DNA of 63,240 bases, filler included. It is 11 parts of 11 records of this genome, joined end to end, with 100 filler letters (N's around TTAATTAATTAA, not from the genome) between each part and the next. Parts side by side here need not be neighbours in the genome. Positions count along the whole stretch, not along the records: positions 35,661 to 41,531 come from SRR31147125_225436; positions 41,632 to 46,966 come from SRR31147125_226799; positions 47,067 to 52,223 come from SRR31147125_227161; positions 52,324 to 58,107 come from SRR31147125_227345; 7 more parts are not named here. One strand, 5' to 3'. Within the stretch, counting starts at the first letter, position 1. Each line of letters starts with the position of its first letter. The notes under the pieces are model-generated. The model ran no database searches. It was given only the letters and a program-made list of their open reading frames with translations, and was not told the origin of the DNA. The position numbers and the translations under genes were made by a program. Shown piece by piece: positions 39,957-52,324 of the stretch.

Positions 39957-40153
39957 TATGCAGTTGCCATCCGCCCCTTTTGTCATTCATCAAAAATCAT
40001 AAATTCCGCTAAAAAAAAACAATCTGCCGTTAGCGTGACAAATCCATAATATGTTAGTCATCCCTAAGTTTTTTACTCATAGTAATATTCCAACGAACAC
40101 CGTAGACCAGGATTATTTCGGACTGATGATCTTGTAACAGAAGGAGTGCCATT

Positions 40154-41531
40154 TTGAACGACGACAATGCTTCGCTGTTGGATGTTTTTTTTAGCAGATA
40201 TTGCACCGGCCCAAGATGGATGCCCCGGGCCTCGCTGGCAGGACTGCTTATCGTTCTCAGCCTTTTGGCCCCGCCCAATAAGACCCATGCCGAGGATGAT
40301 ACCACTCAGACGGGAAGTAATTATGCTGAAACAGACTCAGAGGCCTCCGGCAACGATGAGAGCGCGACCCTCCCGACTATGGTGGTCACAGGGGAAAAGG
40401 TCGAACGCAGCCTGAAGAACACCGCAGCGTCGGTTTCGGTGTTATCCGCCGAAGATCTCGACGATAAAAAAGGTGCGGCGACGGTTTCCGATGCCATCAA
40501 GGATATCCCCAATGTGATATTTACCGACTCCGTCGGCGCGCCAATCATCCGCGGCCAGGACACCCAGGGGCCCAACTATGGCGGCCCCGCTTTTTTCGCC
40601 GGGACCATACCGCGAGCCACGGTCAATCTCGACGGCCATTACCTCAATTTTTATGAATATGTGTATGGCGGCACCTCAATCTGGGATGTGGAGAGCATCG
40701 AGGTCTTTCGTGGTCCGCAGACAACGTCGCAGGGTGCGAACGCCATTGCCGGTGCAATTATCGTCAACACCAAGGATCCCACCTTCACCCCCGAAGGGGC
40801 CTACCAGGCGGAAATCGGCAACATCAACAGGAAACGGGCCTCGCTCGCTGCGTCCGGTCCGTTGGTGAAAAACCAGCTTGCTGTGCGTCTGGCGTTGGAT
40901 TACTGGGGGCGGGATTCCTTTATTGACTACACCAGCCCATCGTTTACCCAAGGGGAAACCGACCTGGACTTCGAGTCTTTCAACTTGCGCACCAAAGTGT
41001 TGTGGGTACCGGACGGGCTTCCCGGCCTCAAGACAAAAATCACCTACGCCCATACCTACAACAACCGCCCGACCTATGAGACCGCCACCCAGCCCTACGA
41101 CGACCTCAACAATACCTCCAGCACCTGGCCGAGCTGGAACCAGAACTCCGACATGGGGGTTCTCGACATCGACTATGACTTCGGCAATGGCATGGGGATC
41201 AACAACCAGACCCAGTATGCGGACAACCATGTGGAACGGGTAACGGAGCCCAGAACCAACGGTGCGGCCGAGGTTGACCAGAAAAATCTGTCCAACGATA
41301 TGCGCCTGAGCTTCGGCGATATGGATTCGTCAGTCGCCGGTGTTGCCGGGCTCTACCTTGCCCGCACAACCTCAGACGACGTCCTTTATCTCAGGGGAAC
41401 CTCCGACTTTGACGATGAAAAGAATAATCTTGGCCTGTACAGCGAGGCAACCTACCGGTTCGCGGAGCGATGGGCGATCACCGCCGGTCTTCGATTCCAG
41501 CGGGATCAGGTTGAACGTTCCGGTACCTCCC
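40154..41531 (+). CDS. TonB-dependent receptor (FyuA/siderophore-type), 3' truncated
   Basis: TonB box TMVVTGEK, plug motif IEVFRGPQTTSQGANAIAGAI; TTG start after AAGGAG. Confidence 0.92.
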
Positions 41532-41631
41532 NNNNNNNNNNNNNNNNNNNNNNNNNNNNNNNNNNNNNNNNNNNNTTAATTAATTAANNNNNNNNNNNNN
41601 NNNNNNNNNNNNNNNNNNNNNNNNNNNNNNN
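41532..41631. other. Artificial contig spacer
   Basis: N44-TTAATTAATTAA-N44. Confidence 0.99.
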
Positions 41632-41941
41632 TAATCACCATGCCAGGAATGCAGAAGCCGCATTGTACCGCTCCCGCTTTTGCAAAGCAGTACGCATACA
41701 CTTTGCGCTCATAATCGCTGAGCCCTTCAAGTGTCGTAATCTTCTTCCCTTCAAGTTTTTGCACGCGCAGCACACACGAACGCTTAGACACACCGTCAAC
41801 AAGCACACTGCATGTACCGCACGCGCCCTCATTACAGCCGTTTTTTACAGACTTGATACCCATATCGTCGCGCAGAAAAACAAGCAGGCTCTTGTCTGCC
41901 TCTGTTGTTATGCTGTTTCCGTTGAGTTCAAACCGTACCAC
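41632..41941 (-). CDS. xdh: Molybdenum hydroxylase (xanthine dehydrogenase family) N-terminal 2Fe-2S domain, truncated
   Basis: KNGCNEGACGTC...SC, QCGFCIPG. Confidence 0.88.
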
Positions 41942-41951
41942 AATATTCTCC

Positions 41952-44900
41952 TTACAGCACCATATAGCTGTATTCTTTGCTTACCGCTTCGATGACCTGA
42001 CGGAAACGTTCATCGATCTGTCCGTCTTCTATCGCACACGCAATTTCTGTCCCGTCTGCGTTTCTAACAAGCACGTCTCCGCTGCCGAGGAACATAAAGC
42101 CAGTATTCTTACTGTCTTCAAAGCCTTCGCGATGCCAGAACAACGTCAGCTTATCCTTTGCCGGATCTCCTCTGTGCGGGCAGAACACCGCACAGTTACC
42201 GCATTCGTTACACATACCGTCAATATGAACAATCTGCGGCTTACCGTCCGCAACCACCACAACATTCGCGCGGTTTGGACATACCTCAGTACAAATCTCA
42301 CAAATCTCATCGCACTTCAAACAGCGCGCGCAGTCTTGCGCTTCACACGACGAATCGCAAAGTACTGCCTTGCGGTCTCGAATTTCGTCATCTTTTATGT
42401 CTGTTGAAACACGCACAAAGTCGTGTTCAATACCGCAATTGTTAAGAATATCCTTTGCAATTTTCTTGCTGTCGGCCACGGCACGAATAATTGTTGCCGC
42501 ACCGCCGCGGCAATCGCCCGCAATGTAGACGCCGTCAATATTCGTCTGATAGTTCTCATTCAGCGCTGCGTATCCGCATTCGTTCAACGTGATATTATTC
42601 TTCTCAAACAGTGTCGTATCCACGCGCGCACCAATCGCGCTGATGATCGTGTCATATTGCAGCGTTTTGGTTTCTCCCGTGGGCAGTGTCTTTCTTCTGC
42701 CATCCGCACCGCGCTCCCCAAGCCGCATTGCTTCTACCGTCAGGTTTTCGCCGTCATAGTTCACCGGCGAACATAGCTCTACGAAGCGGACGCCATCACC
42801 TAGCGCAAGCTGTTGTTCTTCGTATTCAGCTGGCATCTGCGCCTGCGTTCTGCGATATACAACATCTACCACCTCAACACCCGATGCGCGTTTGGCTGCT
42901 CTGGAACAGTCCATCGCAACATCTCCGCCGCCGATCACCGCAACACGCTTACCGAGGTCTAGCTTACAACCCGCCTGTTTGGATGCCAGCAAGAAGTCAA
43001 GCGCATCAACGAGATGCTCTCCGCCTTCTTTCACCGGGCAATAGCCTTCTTTCCAAGTGCCTGTTGCGATGATTACATAATCGTATTCTTCCCGCAGCTT
43101 CTTCACGTCATAGCTTTCATCCACACCGTACATGAATTTCACGCCTGCCTTTTCCGCCATCGCCACATCGAGGTCGATGATCGCCTGCGGAATACGGAAT
43201 TCGGGAATAATCGCCTGCACAATGCCCATTGGCTTTTCGCGCTTTTCGCGCACGGTAACGTCCATACCATTGCGGCGAAGAAATAACGCCGCCGCAATGC
43301 CGCCCGGCCCTGCCCCAATCACCACCGCTTTCTTGTCCGTTTTCAGCTCCGCGACTGTCATGTTATTAATATAGCTGCGCTGCGCGTTTTGCACTGCAAT
43401 TCTTTTTGCGTTTCGAATTTGGATCGGCGTTTCGTAGTCGAGCCTCGTGCATTTGTTTTGGCATTGATGGTCGCAGATTTCACTCGTTATCGCAGGCATC
43501 GCGTTATCTATTGCAATTACCTTAAACGCTTCGTCGTATCTGCCCTCATTCACCAGCTCCAAGTATTCGGGAATCTGCTGCTCAACCAGGCATCCGCCGT
43601 CCTTACGGCGCTTTAAAACAATCCCAAAGCTCGAGTTTGGTTTCTGTCTTGCGCGATCCAACTTCACGCGCTTCTTTCACATGATGCGCGTCGCATTTTG
43701 CACTTTGCGCCAAACTGCGCAACGCATCTACATCAACGTCTTGAGGTATCTCGCTCATCACGCTTTTCGCCGCTTCGCATAGCTGCTTGCCACGAGCGTA
43801 ACCACCAGGCTTCAATATCGTCGTCGCGACGGTAATCGGCTTGATCCCCGTTCTCAGAAGCTTTTCGATATTAAAATAATCTGCGCCGCCGGAGTACGAT
43901 ATCGGCAGCTTGCCGTCAAAATACTCAGATAGCTTCAGCGCCACGTTCACGGATAGCGGGAACAGCGAGCGCCCCGACATATACATGAACTCTCCCGGCA
44001 GTTCATCGTTTGCAATCATCACAGGGAATGTGTTAGACACCTTAACACCAAACGAAAGGTTTTTATCCTCTGACGTTGCCATCAGCCGTTTGAGCAGCTT
44101 CACTGCGTCGTCCATCTTCAAGTCCTGATCAAAATGCGTCGTGTCGAATGCAATATAGGTATAGCCCATATCATCTAAGATATTACGTACAAAATCGTAT
44201 CCGAGTAATGTCGGATTTACTTTGACATATGTATGCATGTTCTTCTCAGTTAGGAAGTAATGTGCGATTTTCTCGATCTCTTCGGGTGGACATCCATGCA
44301 GCGTTGAAAGCGTAATCGAAGCGGAAACGCATGGAGATATCGCTTCAACGTCTTCTGCTGTCATCCTCTCAAACGATGTGATATTATCGAGCAAATACGA
44401 TTTGCACTGCCCCCATATGTCCGTACCCGACGCGTTACGCATGTTTTCAATATACGTATCAATCTTCTTAGACGTGATACCTTCAAAATCGTACCCGACA
44501 CTCATGTTGAATAGCACATCGGGCTGATCGCTCAGTCCAAACTCTTTGGCGGCAACATGCAGCGCAAACCAACCCTTGATGTATTCTTCATACGCCTGCT
44601 GCACCGATAGCTCTGTCGACCACTCTACGTTGTAGCCCTCATCCTCAGCTTTGATACACGGACGCGGGATGCACTTTCTTAAGTCCTCCCCGTCCATCGT
44701 TTGTACGGTCTTTAATTCCATGAACCGAAATCCTGACACATACGCCGCAACCAGATTTTGAGCAAGCTGCGTGTTCGGTCCTGCCGCCGGCCCAATCGGG
44801 CTCGATATTTCGCTGCCAAGCATTGATGCCGCTTTGCCGCTAGTATTGCGATAAAACTTTCGTTTATCTATACAAAAAACGCTGCCGTAATGGTTATATT

Positions 44901-44958
44901 CGCTCTTCATCCATCCAATCAGCTTTTCAAACGGAATCGGTGTCATGATCTCGCCCAT
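41952..44958 (-). CDS. ygfK: YgfK (putative selenate reductase subunit; Fe-S flavoprotein), frameshifted at about 43605
   Basis: GPAAGPNTQLAQN, ITLSTLHGCPP, MYMSGRSL, then GAGPGG, GGGDVAMD and C-terminal ferredoxin Cys motifs; adding 2 nt restores DCFKAPCKDGGC. Confidence 0.92.
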
Positions 44959-45000
44959 ATCAAACCTCCCTTATTCAATATGTAAAGCAACGATATTACT

Positions 45001-46326
45001 CTATACGCGCTCCCAAAACTTCGCTGCACACTGTGCGCTGTCAGCGTAAACCTTCGCTTCGTCCGCCGTTAAAACCTCACGGTTTTTCATCACATATTTC
45101 CCGTTTATCATCGTCGAATTTACGCTTCTGCCCATCAGGCCGAACAGTATGTGCGAGTTCAGATTGTTCTCGTTAATCGGTGTCGGTGCGCTATAATCCA
45201 CGGTGATGATATCCGCCGCAGCACCTTTTTCAATTACACCGATCGGCGTATCAAAGAACCGCCCGCAAATTTTCGCGTTATTTTCAAACAACATCTGCGG
45301 CGCTTCTCCCCACGCGACGCTCGGATCGCAAAGATTATGCTTATGCAGTATGTTTGCAACCTTCAAAGATTCAAGCATATCCGTCGTGTACCCATCCGTA
45401 CCGAGACCCGTCAGTATACCGCGCTGCATCATTTGCAGCACCGCACTGCACCCAACCGCGTTGCCCATATTAGACTCGGGGTTGTGTACAACGATGGTAT
45501 CCGTTTCCTTGAGCAAATCGATTTCTTGGTTGTTGATATGGATACAGTGGACTGCGATAGTGTTATTCTTGAGTACGTTTGCGTCAAACAGCCTCTGAAC
45601 AACGCGCTTGCCGTACTTTTTAAGGCTATCGTATAAATCGTCGATGCCCTCTGCGACGTGCACATGAAAGCCGTTGTCACCTGCCGAATCTACACACTTC
45701 TCCATCGTCTCATGCGAAATCGTGAACGACGCATGCAACCCGAACATACCTTTAATCATATCACTGTTTTGTTCATCTGTATATTTAATGAAGTCTGCAT
45801 TTTCGCGTATGCCCTGCTCGGCGATTTCCTGCCCATCTCTATCCGATACCTCGTAGCAGAGCGATGTACGCACGCCAAGCTCTTTCGCGACATCCGCAAT
45901 CGTCATTAGGCTTCCGCTTACCTGCCCTGCGCTTGCGTGGTGATCGATTACCGTCGTCACACCGTTTTTGATACCGTCAATATACGTGGTATACGCGCTG
46001 TGTTTGATTTCCTCCAAACCGAGTGCGCGGTCTACGCGCCACCACAGGTTTTCGAGTATCTGCATAAAGTTCTTGGATACAGGGCTATCGCTTAATATCA
46101 TACCTCTTGCGAGCGCACTGTAGATATGACCATGCGTGTTGATCAGCCCCGGCATAATGAGCCTTCCCCGTGCATCATCAAACACCGCATCCGGATATTT
46201 CGTTTTCATTTGATGAGTAGTGCCGAAATCCGCAATGATATTGCCATCCACCGCAACGCAACCGTCGCTGATGTACGGTGTGTTTGCATTGCGTGTTATC
46301 AGTCTGCCGTTTCCGATTAACCGCAT
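45001..46326 (-). CDS. ssnA: Putative aminohydrolase SsnA
   Basis: PGLINTHGHIYSALARG, DHHAS, GLHASFT, HVHVAEG, HNPESNMGN, GTDG. Confidence 0.95.
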   Translation of the reverse strand: MRLIGNGRLITRNANTPYISDGCVAVDGNIIADFGTTHQMKTKYPDAVFDDARGRLIMPGLINTHGHIYSALARGMILSDSPVSKNFMQILENLWWRVDRALGLEEIKHSAYTTYIDGIKNGVTTVIDHHASAGQVSGSLMTIADVAKELGVRTSLCYEVSDRDGQEIAEQGIRENADFIKYTDEQNSDMIKGMFGLHASFTISHETMEKCVDSAGDNGFHVHVAEGIDDLYDSLKKYGKRVVQRLFDANVLKNNTIAVHCIHINNQEIDLLKETDTIVVHNPESNMGNAVGCSAVLQMMQRGILTGLGTDGYTTDMLESLKVANILHKHNLCDPSVAWGEAPQMLFENNAKICGRFFDTPIGVIEKGAAADIITVDYSAPTPINENNLNSHILFGLMGRSVNSTMINGKYVMKNREVLTADEAKVYADSAQCAAKFWERV

Positions 46327-46384
46327 GTCGTACCCTCCTGATTTCGATTTCTCAAAAGTATGGCTCGGTGTTTTTTCTAAATGT

Positions 46385-46966
46385 TTACGGTATGATATGC
46401 GTACCCGTTTTCCCGTCCACTCCGTCGAGCAGCTTATCGAGCGACGTAATCAGCGTCTTGCAATTCGGGTTCTCCATTACCACCTGCATACACGCCTGCA
46501 CCTTTGGCAGCATCGAGCCTTTGCCAAACTCCCCTTCTTCGATATACTTCTGTGCTTCTTCACACGTCATGGCATCGATCGGCTGTGTGTCCGGCTTGCC
46601 GAAATTTTTCACCACGTGTTCTACCGATGTAAGTATCACAAAGTAGTCCGCGTTTATCATCGCTGCAAGCTTCGCGCTCGAAAAGTCTTTGTCTATCACA
46701 GCAGAGATGCCTTTTAATCGGTTCCCTTGCGCAACAACCGGTATACCGCCGCCGCCGCATGCAATCACAAGCTGCTTTGCTTCGAGCAATGCCTTGATGG
46801 TCTCACTCTCTACGATGTGCTGCGGCTTTGGCGAAGCGACGACCTGACGATATCCGCGCTCATCGATCCATACGATATCTTCACCCTTTTTTCGCCTATA
46901 TGCTGCCTGCTGCTCATCTAAGAAAACGCCAATCGGCTTGGTGGGGTTAGAAAACGCCGGGTCTTC
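46385..46966 (-). CDS. arcC: Carbamate kinase, C-terminal part
   Basis: DPAFSNPTKPIG, GYRQVVASPKP, GGGGIPV, VIDKD, GSMLPKV, GTHI. Confidence 0.96.
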   Translation of the reverse strand, partial: EDPAFSNPTKPIGVFLDEQQAAYRRKKGEDIVWIDERGYRQVVASPKPQHIVESETIKALLEAKQLVIACGGGGIPVVAQGNRLKGISAVIDKDFSSAKLAAMINADYFVILTSVEHVVKNFGKPDTQPIDAMTCEEAQKYIEEGEFGKGSMLPKVQACMQVVMENPNCKTLITSLDKLLDGVDGKTGTHIIP

Positions 46967-47066
46967 NNNNNNNNNNNNNNNNNNNNNNNNNNNNNNNNNN
47001 NNNNNNNNNNTTAATTAATTAANNNNNNNNNNNNNNNNNNNNNNNNNNNNNNNNNNNNNNNNNNNN
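46967..47066. other. Artificial contig spacer
   Basis: N44-TTAATTAATTAA-N44. Confidence 0.99.
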
Positions 47067-50000
47067 TTTTCCTCGGGATCTGCCATGGATTTCGGTGTTG
47101 GTGCGTAGGTTGTGTTGTCTTGGTTTGAATCGGGGTAATTCTTCTGGTAGACGATATGTTTGAGGGTGGAGCCGATCTCTACTACATACTTCTGGGATTT
47201 CCTTCTACGCGTGAAGAAGTAGAGGCAATGGATCAGTACGTTGGAAATTATCCCACGCCGACAGACACCCCAGATTCATTTCATGGGGGGCACAGATGGC
47301 ACTTTCCCCTGCGCGCTGTGTTCGTTCTCGGGACTGGAACTGACTCGTTGAGGTTCGCCGATCCCGCATATGCGCCACTGCGCACTGGAGAAGGAGAAGG
47401 GGGACAGGACGACGAGACCAAGGAGCGTCTCATGCGTGTGCCATCCTTGCATATGCCCGCTGAAGCCAAGATGGATCCTAAAATGGCAAAGACACAAGAT
47501 GAGGGCACGGATAGCACACAGACTTGGTGCGTTGGCTATTCTTTCTTCTATTCTGACAGAGCGTAGGAGCCAACTTCTTCGTGATGTCCTGGACCCACGC
47601 GTAGTGACGCATGGCGACTCTGTATTTCGGGATGTACTCCTGTTTCACATTGAGATGGCAAAGGACGAGAAAAGATGGGAGGACTTTGTGGAACCCATTA
47701 CGCACACTGCCCACTGTGCGTTGGTGCTTGTCTGTCTGTCTGTCCTGTTGATACGAGGTGTATGTAGTTCTTGCCTTGAAGATGCGATCCTTTGCGGATT
47801 TCTTGGGTTCCACACGACTGATTACCGTGCCAACTACCTTGGACCAAGGCGATAGTCCCTCAGGAAGGTGCGTGCGAGGGATGGTGGGTCTATGGAGTGA
47901 ATCGTGACACGACGCCAGTTATTGGAAAGAAATGGACACTGTCCCACCTGCATCCACGAGTGTGGCGTTTCTGGTGCATGGAATGGTTGTGAACGCAGCA
48001 GATATCCTCCTTTTGTGTTGTTGACTTTTGCAGAATTCTTAACGTACCCGCACGTGCTGAAGGTGCTACACCGTCTGTAGAAGGATCTACTTCTTCCCTC
48101 TCTGCTTATCTTAGCCACGCCTTGGATCTGGCGAAGGCCGGGGGTGAAGCTTATCGCCCACGCCGGAAGCTGATGGCCCTTCCTCGTACAGTGTACGTCC
48201 GCTAGAGATGAGCAAACCCTCGAATCTAACCCCACTTCTTGCATCAGCACTCTTGTTTCTAAGGGAGATGAATGGACACTGCGGGAAGCAACATTCTGCA
48301 CATGTGACCTTTCCTCAATTATGAAGAAGGAACTTCATGTTCTGCGGCAGGCACTGATGCCGTTTCTTCTGACCAGAGTGCGTTTGAGAACATGGTCGAG
48401 TGGAGAGTTCCTAATTCTTGCCCAGGTTCGTCGTGAGGTTATTCCTGTTGAAGAGCGGGGGGCAGAGTGGACGCGACTCGTTCACGTTTCATCTCTTTCC
48501 CTCCCCCGTCTTCAACATGCTCTTCTCTTGAGCAAATTTCAAGACATCGTGGACGACATTCAGTCCGCTTCCCCAAGTACGACTGTACAACACTGGGAAT
48601 TCCTGGAAGAATTTGATACAGATACAATGATTCAGGTGAGACAAGCACACACCCCGTATGAGATGCACGGCATGAACATGTCTATTCCCATAGGTATTGC
48701 ACAGGACATTGTGTACTGGCCGACGTGTCTCTCTTCGTTATTACGCGCGCGAGGATCTTGTTCTTCTGGTTTTTTACCATTTCGTGCCGAAATCTCGTGT
48801 GTCCGTCGAGCAATGGACGGCTACCGTGCGTGGCTACCATCCAAGATTGTGTCCTCATCCGGGTTTGGGGACAAAAGGTTTCCCACCGCCCCAAGTTTGG
48901 AACGTGGCTTCGGACACAAGGGGATATAGAGGACGCGGGCGGAGAACTGTCAGGACTTGCCTTTCGTCCCCCTGGGATCGTTATGCATCCACAACGTGAA
49001 GTGCCGGATATGTCACTCCCCATTGTTAACGAAGATGGTGAGTGTGAGGAGTCCGATCCTGCTGTGGCAGAGGATACTGTGTGGCCCACCCCGGAAGGGG
49101 AAGGAAACGTGGTGCGTGTGTATGCGTATGTGTGAGTGGACACATATACGAAAGATTCTGATAAATTCAACAAGGAAAAAGAAGAAAAGGAAGAAAAGGA
49201 AGAAGAGGAGGAGGAGGACGAGACAGAAGAGGTGGTGTGCTCTGAGATGTTCGACATTGGCGAATCAGTTGCCGTGAGCACGTTCTCTTATTCGTTCTTC
49301 TGTTCTCGTTTCCTCACGGACATTTTGCCAGAGATTGGAGGAGAAGACCGTCTCTCTCTTCACATTGGAGAACCACCTCGTTCGGATCACCTTGCGTGGA
49401 AGTGGTCCGTGACCTATGTCATCCCTTGCGTTCCGCTCACTTGCACCTTGGTAGACACAAAACCTGATATCACGGTGTTTGGTGGAGATGCCAACGTTGT
49501 GATGGGCCTGCTGCAGAAGAAGGATACTGGACACGCATTCCATGCTTCCCTCGATAACGATACCGCTCTAAGCGTAGAGGTGAGAATGACATGTTGTTGT
49601 GTTGTTGTTCCTCACTCATTCGGTTAGCCGGCACTCACTCCGTTTTCGAGTGTTTCCACATCATTGCTCTCTTCGAATGGCCTTCTGGTGCACTGTACTG
49701 GGAGGAGGATTGAGATGGAATTTGCACGATCAGGTCCACTCAAGGTACGTGCGTCCTTGCCCGTTGTACGAGCTCGACCCATTTTCCCTTTGCATCTTGC
49801 ATAGAAAATGCCCGGGGGTGACGGTATGTGGTCTGGAATTGCTGCAGAAGAATCTCGGAGGGTTGTGTTTGGAAAGGTACGGGGAATCATGGCATGGTCT
49901 GCGTTGTCTGCGTGATGGGAACTGATGCATTGAACTCAGGGAACGGTTGCTCGTGCCCTTGCGGATGGTACATTGGAAATTCTCTATGCCAACGGTGCTG

Positions 50001-52223
50001 TGTCCCGTCGTGATACCTCTGGCTGCTGGACCATCACAAGGAGCAATGGCGAGCGCGTGTCTCGAAGTGGGGACGATCCCGCTGCTGCGGTCACGCCTCT
50101 TCCATCCCTGTCTATCGCGACAAGCACCGACGTGGAGACGAATACAATAGTTCGAACACGAGAGGGTACGCTGCTAGGGTCTCTTCCTGGGATGTTGGAT
50201 GTCGTCCGCCTGAATGCTCTTTCTCAAAGACCTTGTTATGATCGTTGAACAACCAAGTGGCGAACAGACTGTGATTCATCCCGATGGAACGAGGATGACC
50301 TCCGATCCTGGCTTCTGGGACCATCAACCTTCGCGATCCTGTAGCCCATGCTCTTCCGAGGCCTCTTCCACTGCCTCTTCTGCTGCTGCAGAGGCAGAAG
50401 CAGCACGACCACCATCCGTGGTCGTTTGGCATGAGGGCTTTGCCACCGTGACACTATGCCCGACCACCGAGGTGGCTTGTGTGTCCTTGGGGGCTGGAAA
50501 GGGGACGATCGAATGTGGACCCACCTCTACGGACGTACGAATGGTACGTGCGTGAATAGACCAGACTGTGAACATGGTAGTGACACGCACCCTCTGTAGG
50601 CCTCGGGGCTCTGCTTGCACGTCCTCGAGAATTCCGTGGTTGCAAATCTGCAGGGAGAGAAAGACCGTGGATGTACACTGTCCTTCTCCCTATCTGACGG
50701 GACTGTGGAAGGACACGACGAAGATTGTATGGGCTTCAACATATCAACGGATGGAAGTGTGACAGTGCGTCTCTCTCCTTTTGTTTTCTTCCGCGTCCCC
50801 CAACACGCTCTTGATTAGATTCATCAGGGAGAGGAAAGGACGCGCGTGTATCCCGGTGACGAGGACGCAGATAAAGGTATTCCTATTGCTTGTCCATGCA
50901 TGTACTAAAGGGAGGACATACAGGGGAGCCGGGCACCCTTGAGAGCATGCGCCTGTTTGCTGTTCGAGAGGATATGTCTGGATTTGAGATTCTGCCCACC
51001 AATATGGTTGGTGTTGGTGTTGGTATTTTGGACGATTGACATCCATCCACATTGTAGGGTGAATCCCTGATCGCCCATAACGCCTTTGAAGATGAAGAGA
51101 CAGAAACAGGGCAGAGGGCTTTTACCGTGTTCGAGAGGGTGGAGGAGGGTACGTTCTCACTATCTCTTGATTCTTCCTGAGCCTATTCCCAGAGGAACCT
51201 GTGGCCCCCGACCCCGTTCTAAGAACAGAGACGCGTTACACGTTCACAACTCAGCTCTACACTCGCCGTGTGCGTGCCTCGTTGGTATGGGGAGGATGTT
51301 CCAGGGATTGAGAGACTGGTTGATGTAGCTCCTGTACCGCCCTGCTCTCACCACGGAGGAAGATACAAGGCTTCAGCAAGGTCTTGCACAATGGGAAGAG
51401 CGGTATCGATCCCATGGGACTCATGGATCTCTGGACATCCCAGAGGAGGAAAGGCAGGCAGCTCTTGCCGTCCAACAACGGGTGCTTTGTTCTCGTCTCG
51501 ATCCTCCTGATCTCATCTCTGTGGCGTTTGTTCAGGTTCTTGAACAGCGTCAGGAGCGTCAGAAACGTGTTGAACAGGAAGCTTGGGCGAAATTCAGCTG
51601 CAACAAAGAAGAAATTGACGAGGCGGGTCGTCAAGCAAGTTCAGACGAGGGAGCGGCCTGCGCCCGTGGAAGACCTGCATCGGTGCGTATGTCCCGTGTT
51701 AAAGCCACATCGGAGCCCGCTCACGTCCCTTGCCACGTGCAGCACCCTTTGCCGACTGCCCCATCACACCCGAATCCATTTTCCGTGTACCTTGACAAAC
51801 TTGGGCATCATGATCCCTCGATCTACCACAACTTGGCGGGGCCTTCTCCGCCGACCTATTTCCATAGTGAAGAAGGACAAGCGTTTCTAGATGTGCGGAG
51901 GAGAGACGTCACACCCACCCACCCTTGGTCGTTATTTGTTCTCTGCAGGACATTTCCCACACGGAATTCCCGGTGCGTCAAGCAAACGTGCGCCCTGGTT
52001 CACTTGCGCCCATTGATATGGTACCTGGGTCCACGGTGGAGAGGGGCGTGTTCGTCTCCATTCACCCACCCCTGGCACAGGGGGCATCCATTGCCCACAC
52101 CGATCCTGATCCCGTAGAAGAAGTACTGAAAACGGATGTGCGATCTTGTGTGGTCTGCCCTTCTCTCTCTCGTTACACTACAAGCTGTAGGTATCTCGTG
52201 TACCAGCGTCAAAGCGACTTCCC
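47067..52223 (+). CDS. SPAG17: Eukaryotic multi-exon gene, PF6/SPAG17-like central-pair projection protein (partial)
   Basis: Removing intron 48636-48693 gives WEFLEEFDTDTMIQVLHRT..YYAREDLVLLVFY. Removing 50166-50229 gives TDVETNTIVRTREDLVMIVEQPSGEQTVIHPDGTRMT. ILYANGAVS and HEGFATV also resemble SPAG17 blocks. Not all exons were resolved. Confidence 0.8.
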
Positions 52224-52323
52224 NNNNNNNNNNNNNNNNNNNNNNNNNNNNNNNNNNNNNNNNNNNNTTAATTAATTAANNNNNNNNNNNNNNNNNNNNN
52301 NNNNNNNNNNNNNNNNNNNNNNN
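52224..52323. other. Artificial contig spacer
   Basis: N44-TTAATTAATTAA-N44. Confidence 0.99.
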
Positions 52324-52324
52324 A

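Noticed and set aside
43595-43612. Programmed +1 frameshift or recoding at CCG-TAA in ygfK
   Set aside because: A shift would omit the Fe-S Cys, and the stop is TAA, so not selenocysteine.
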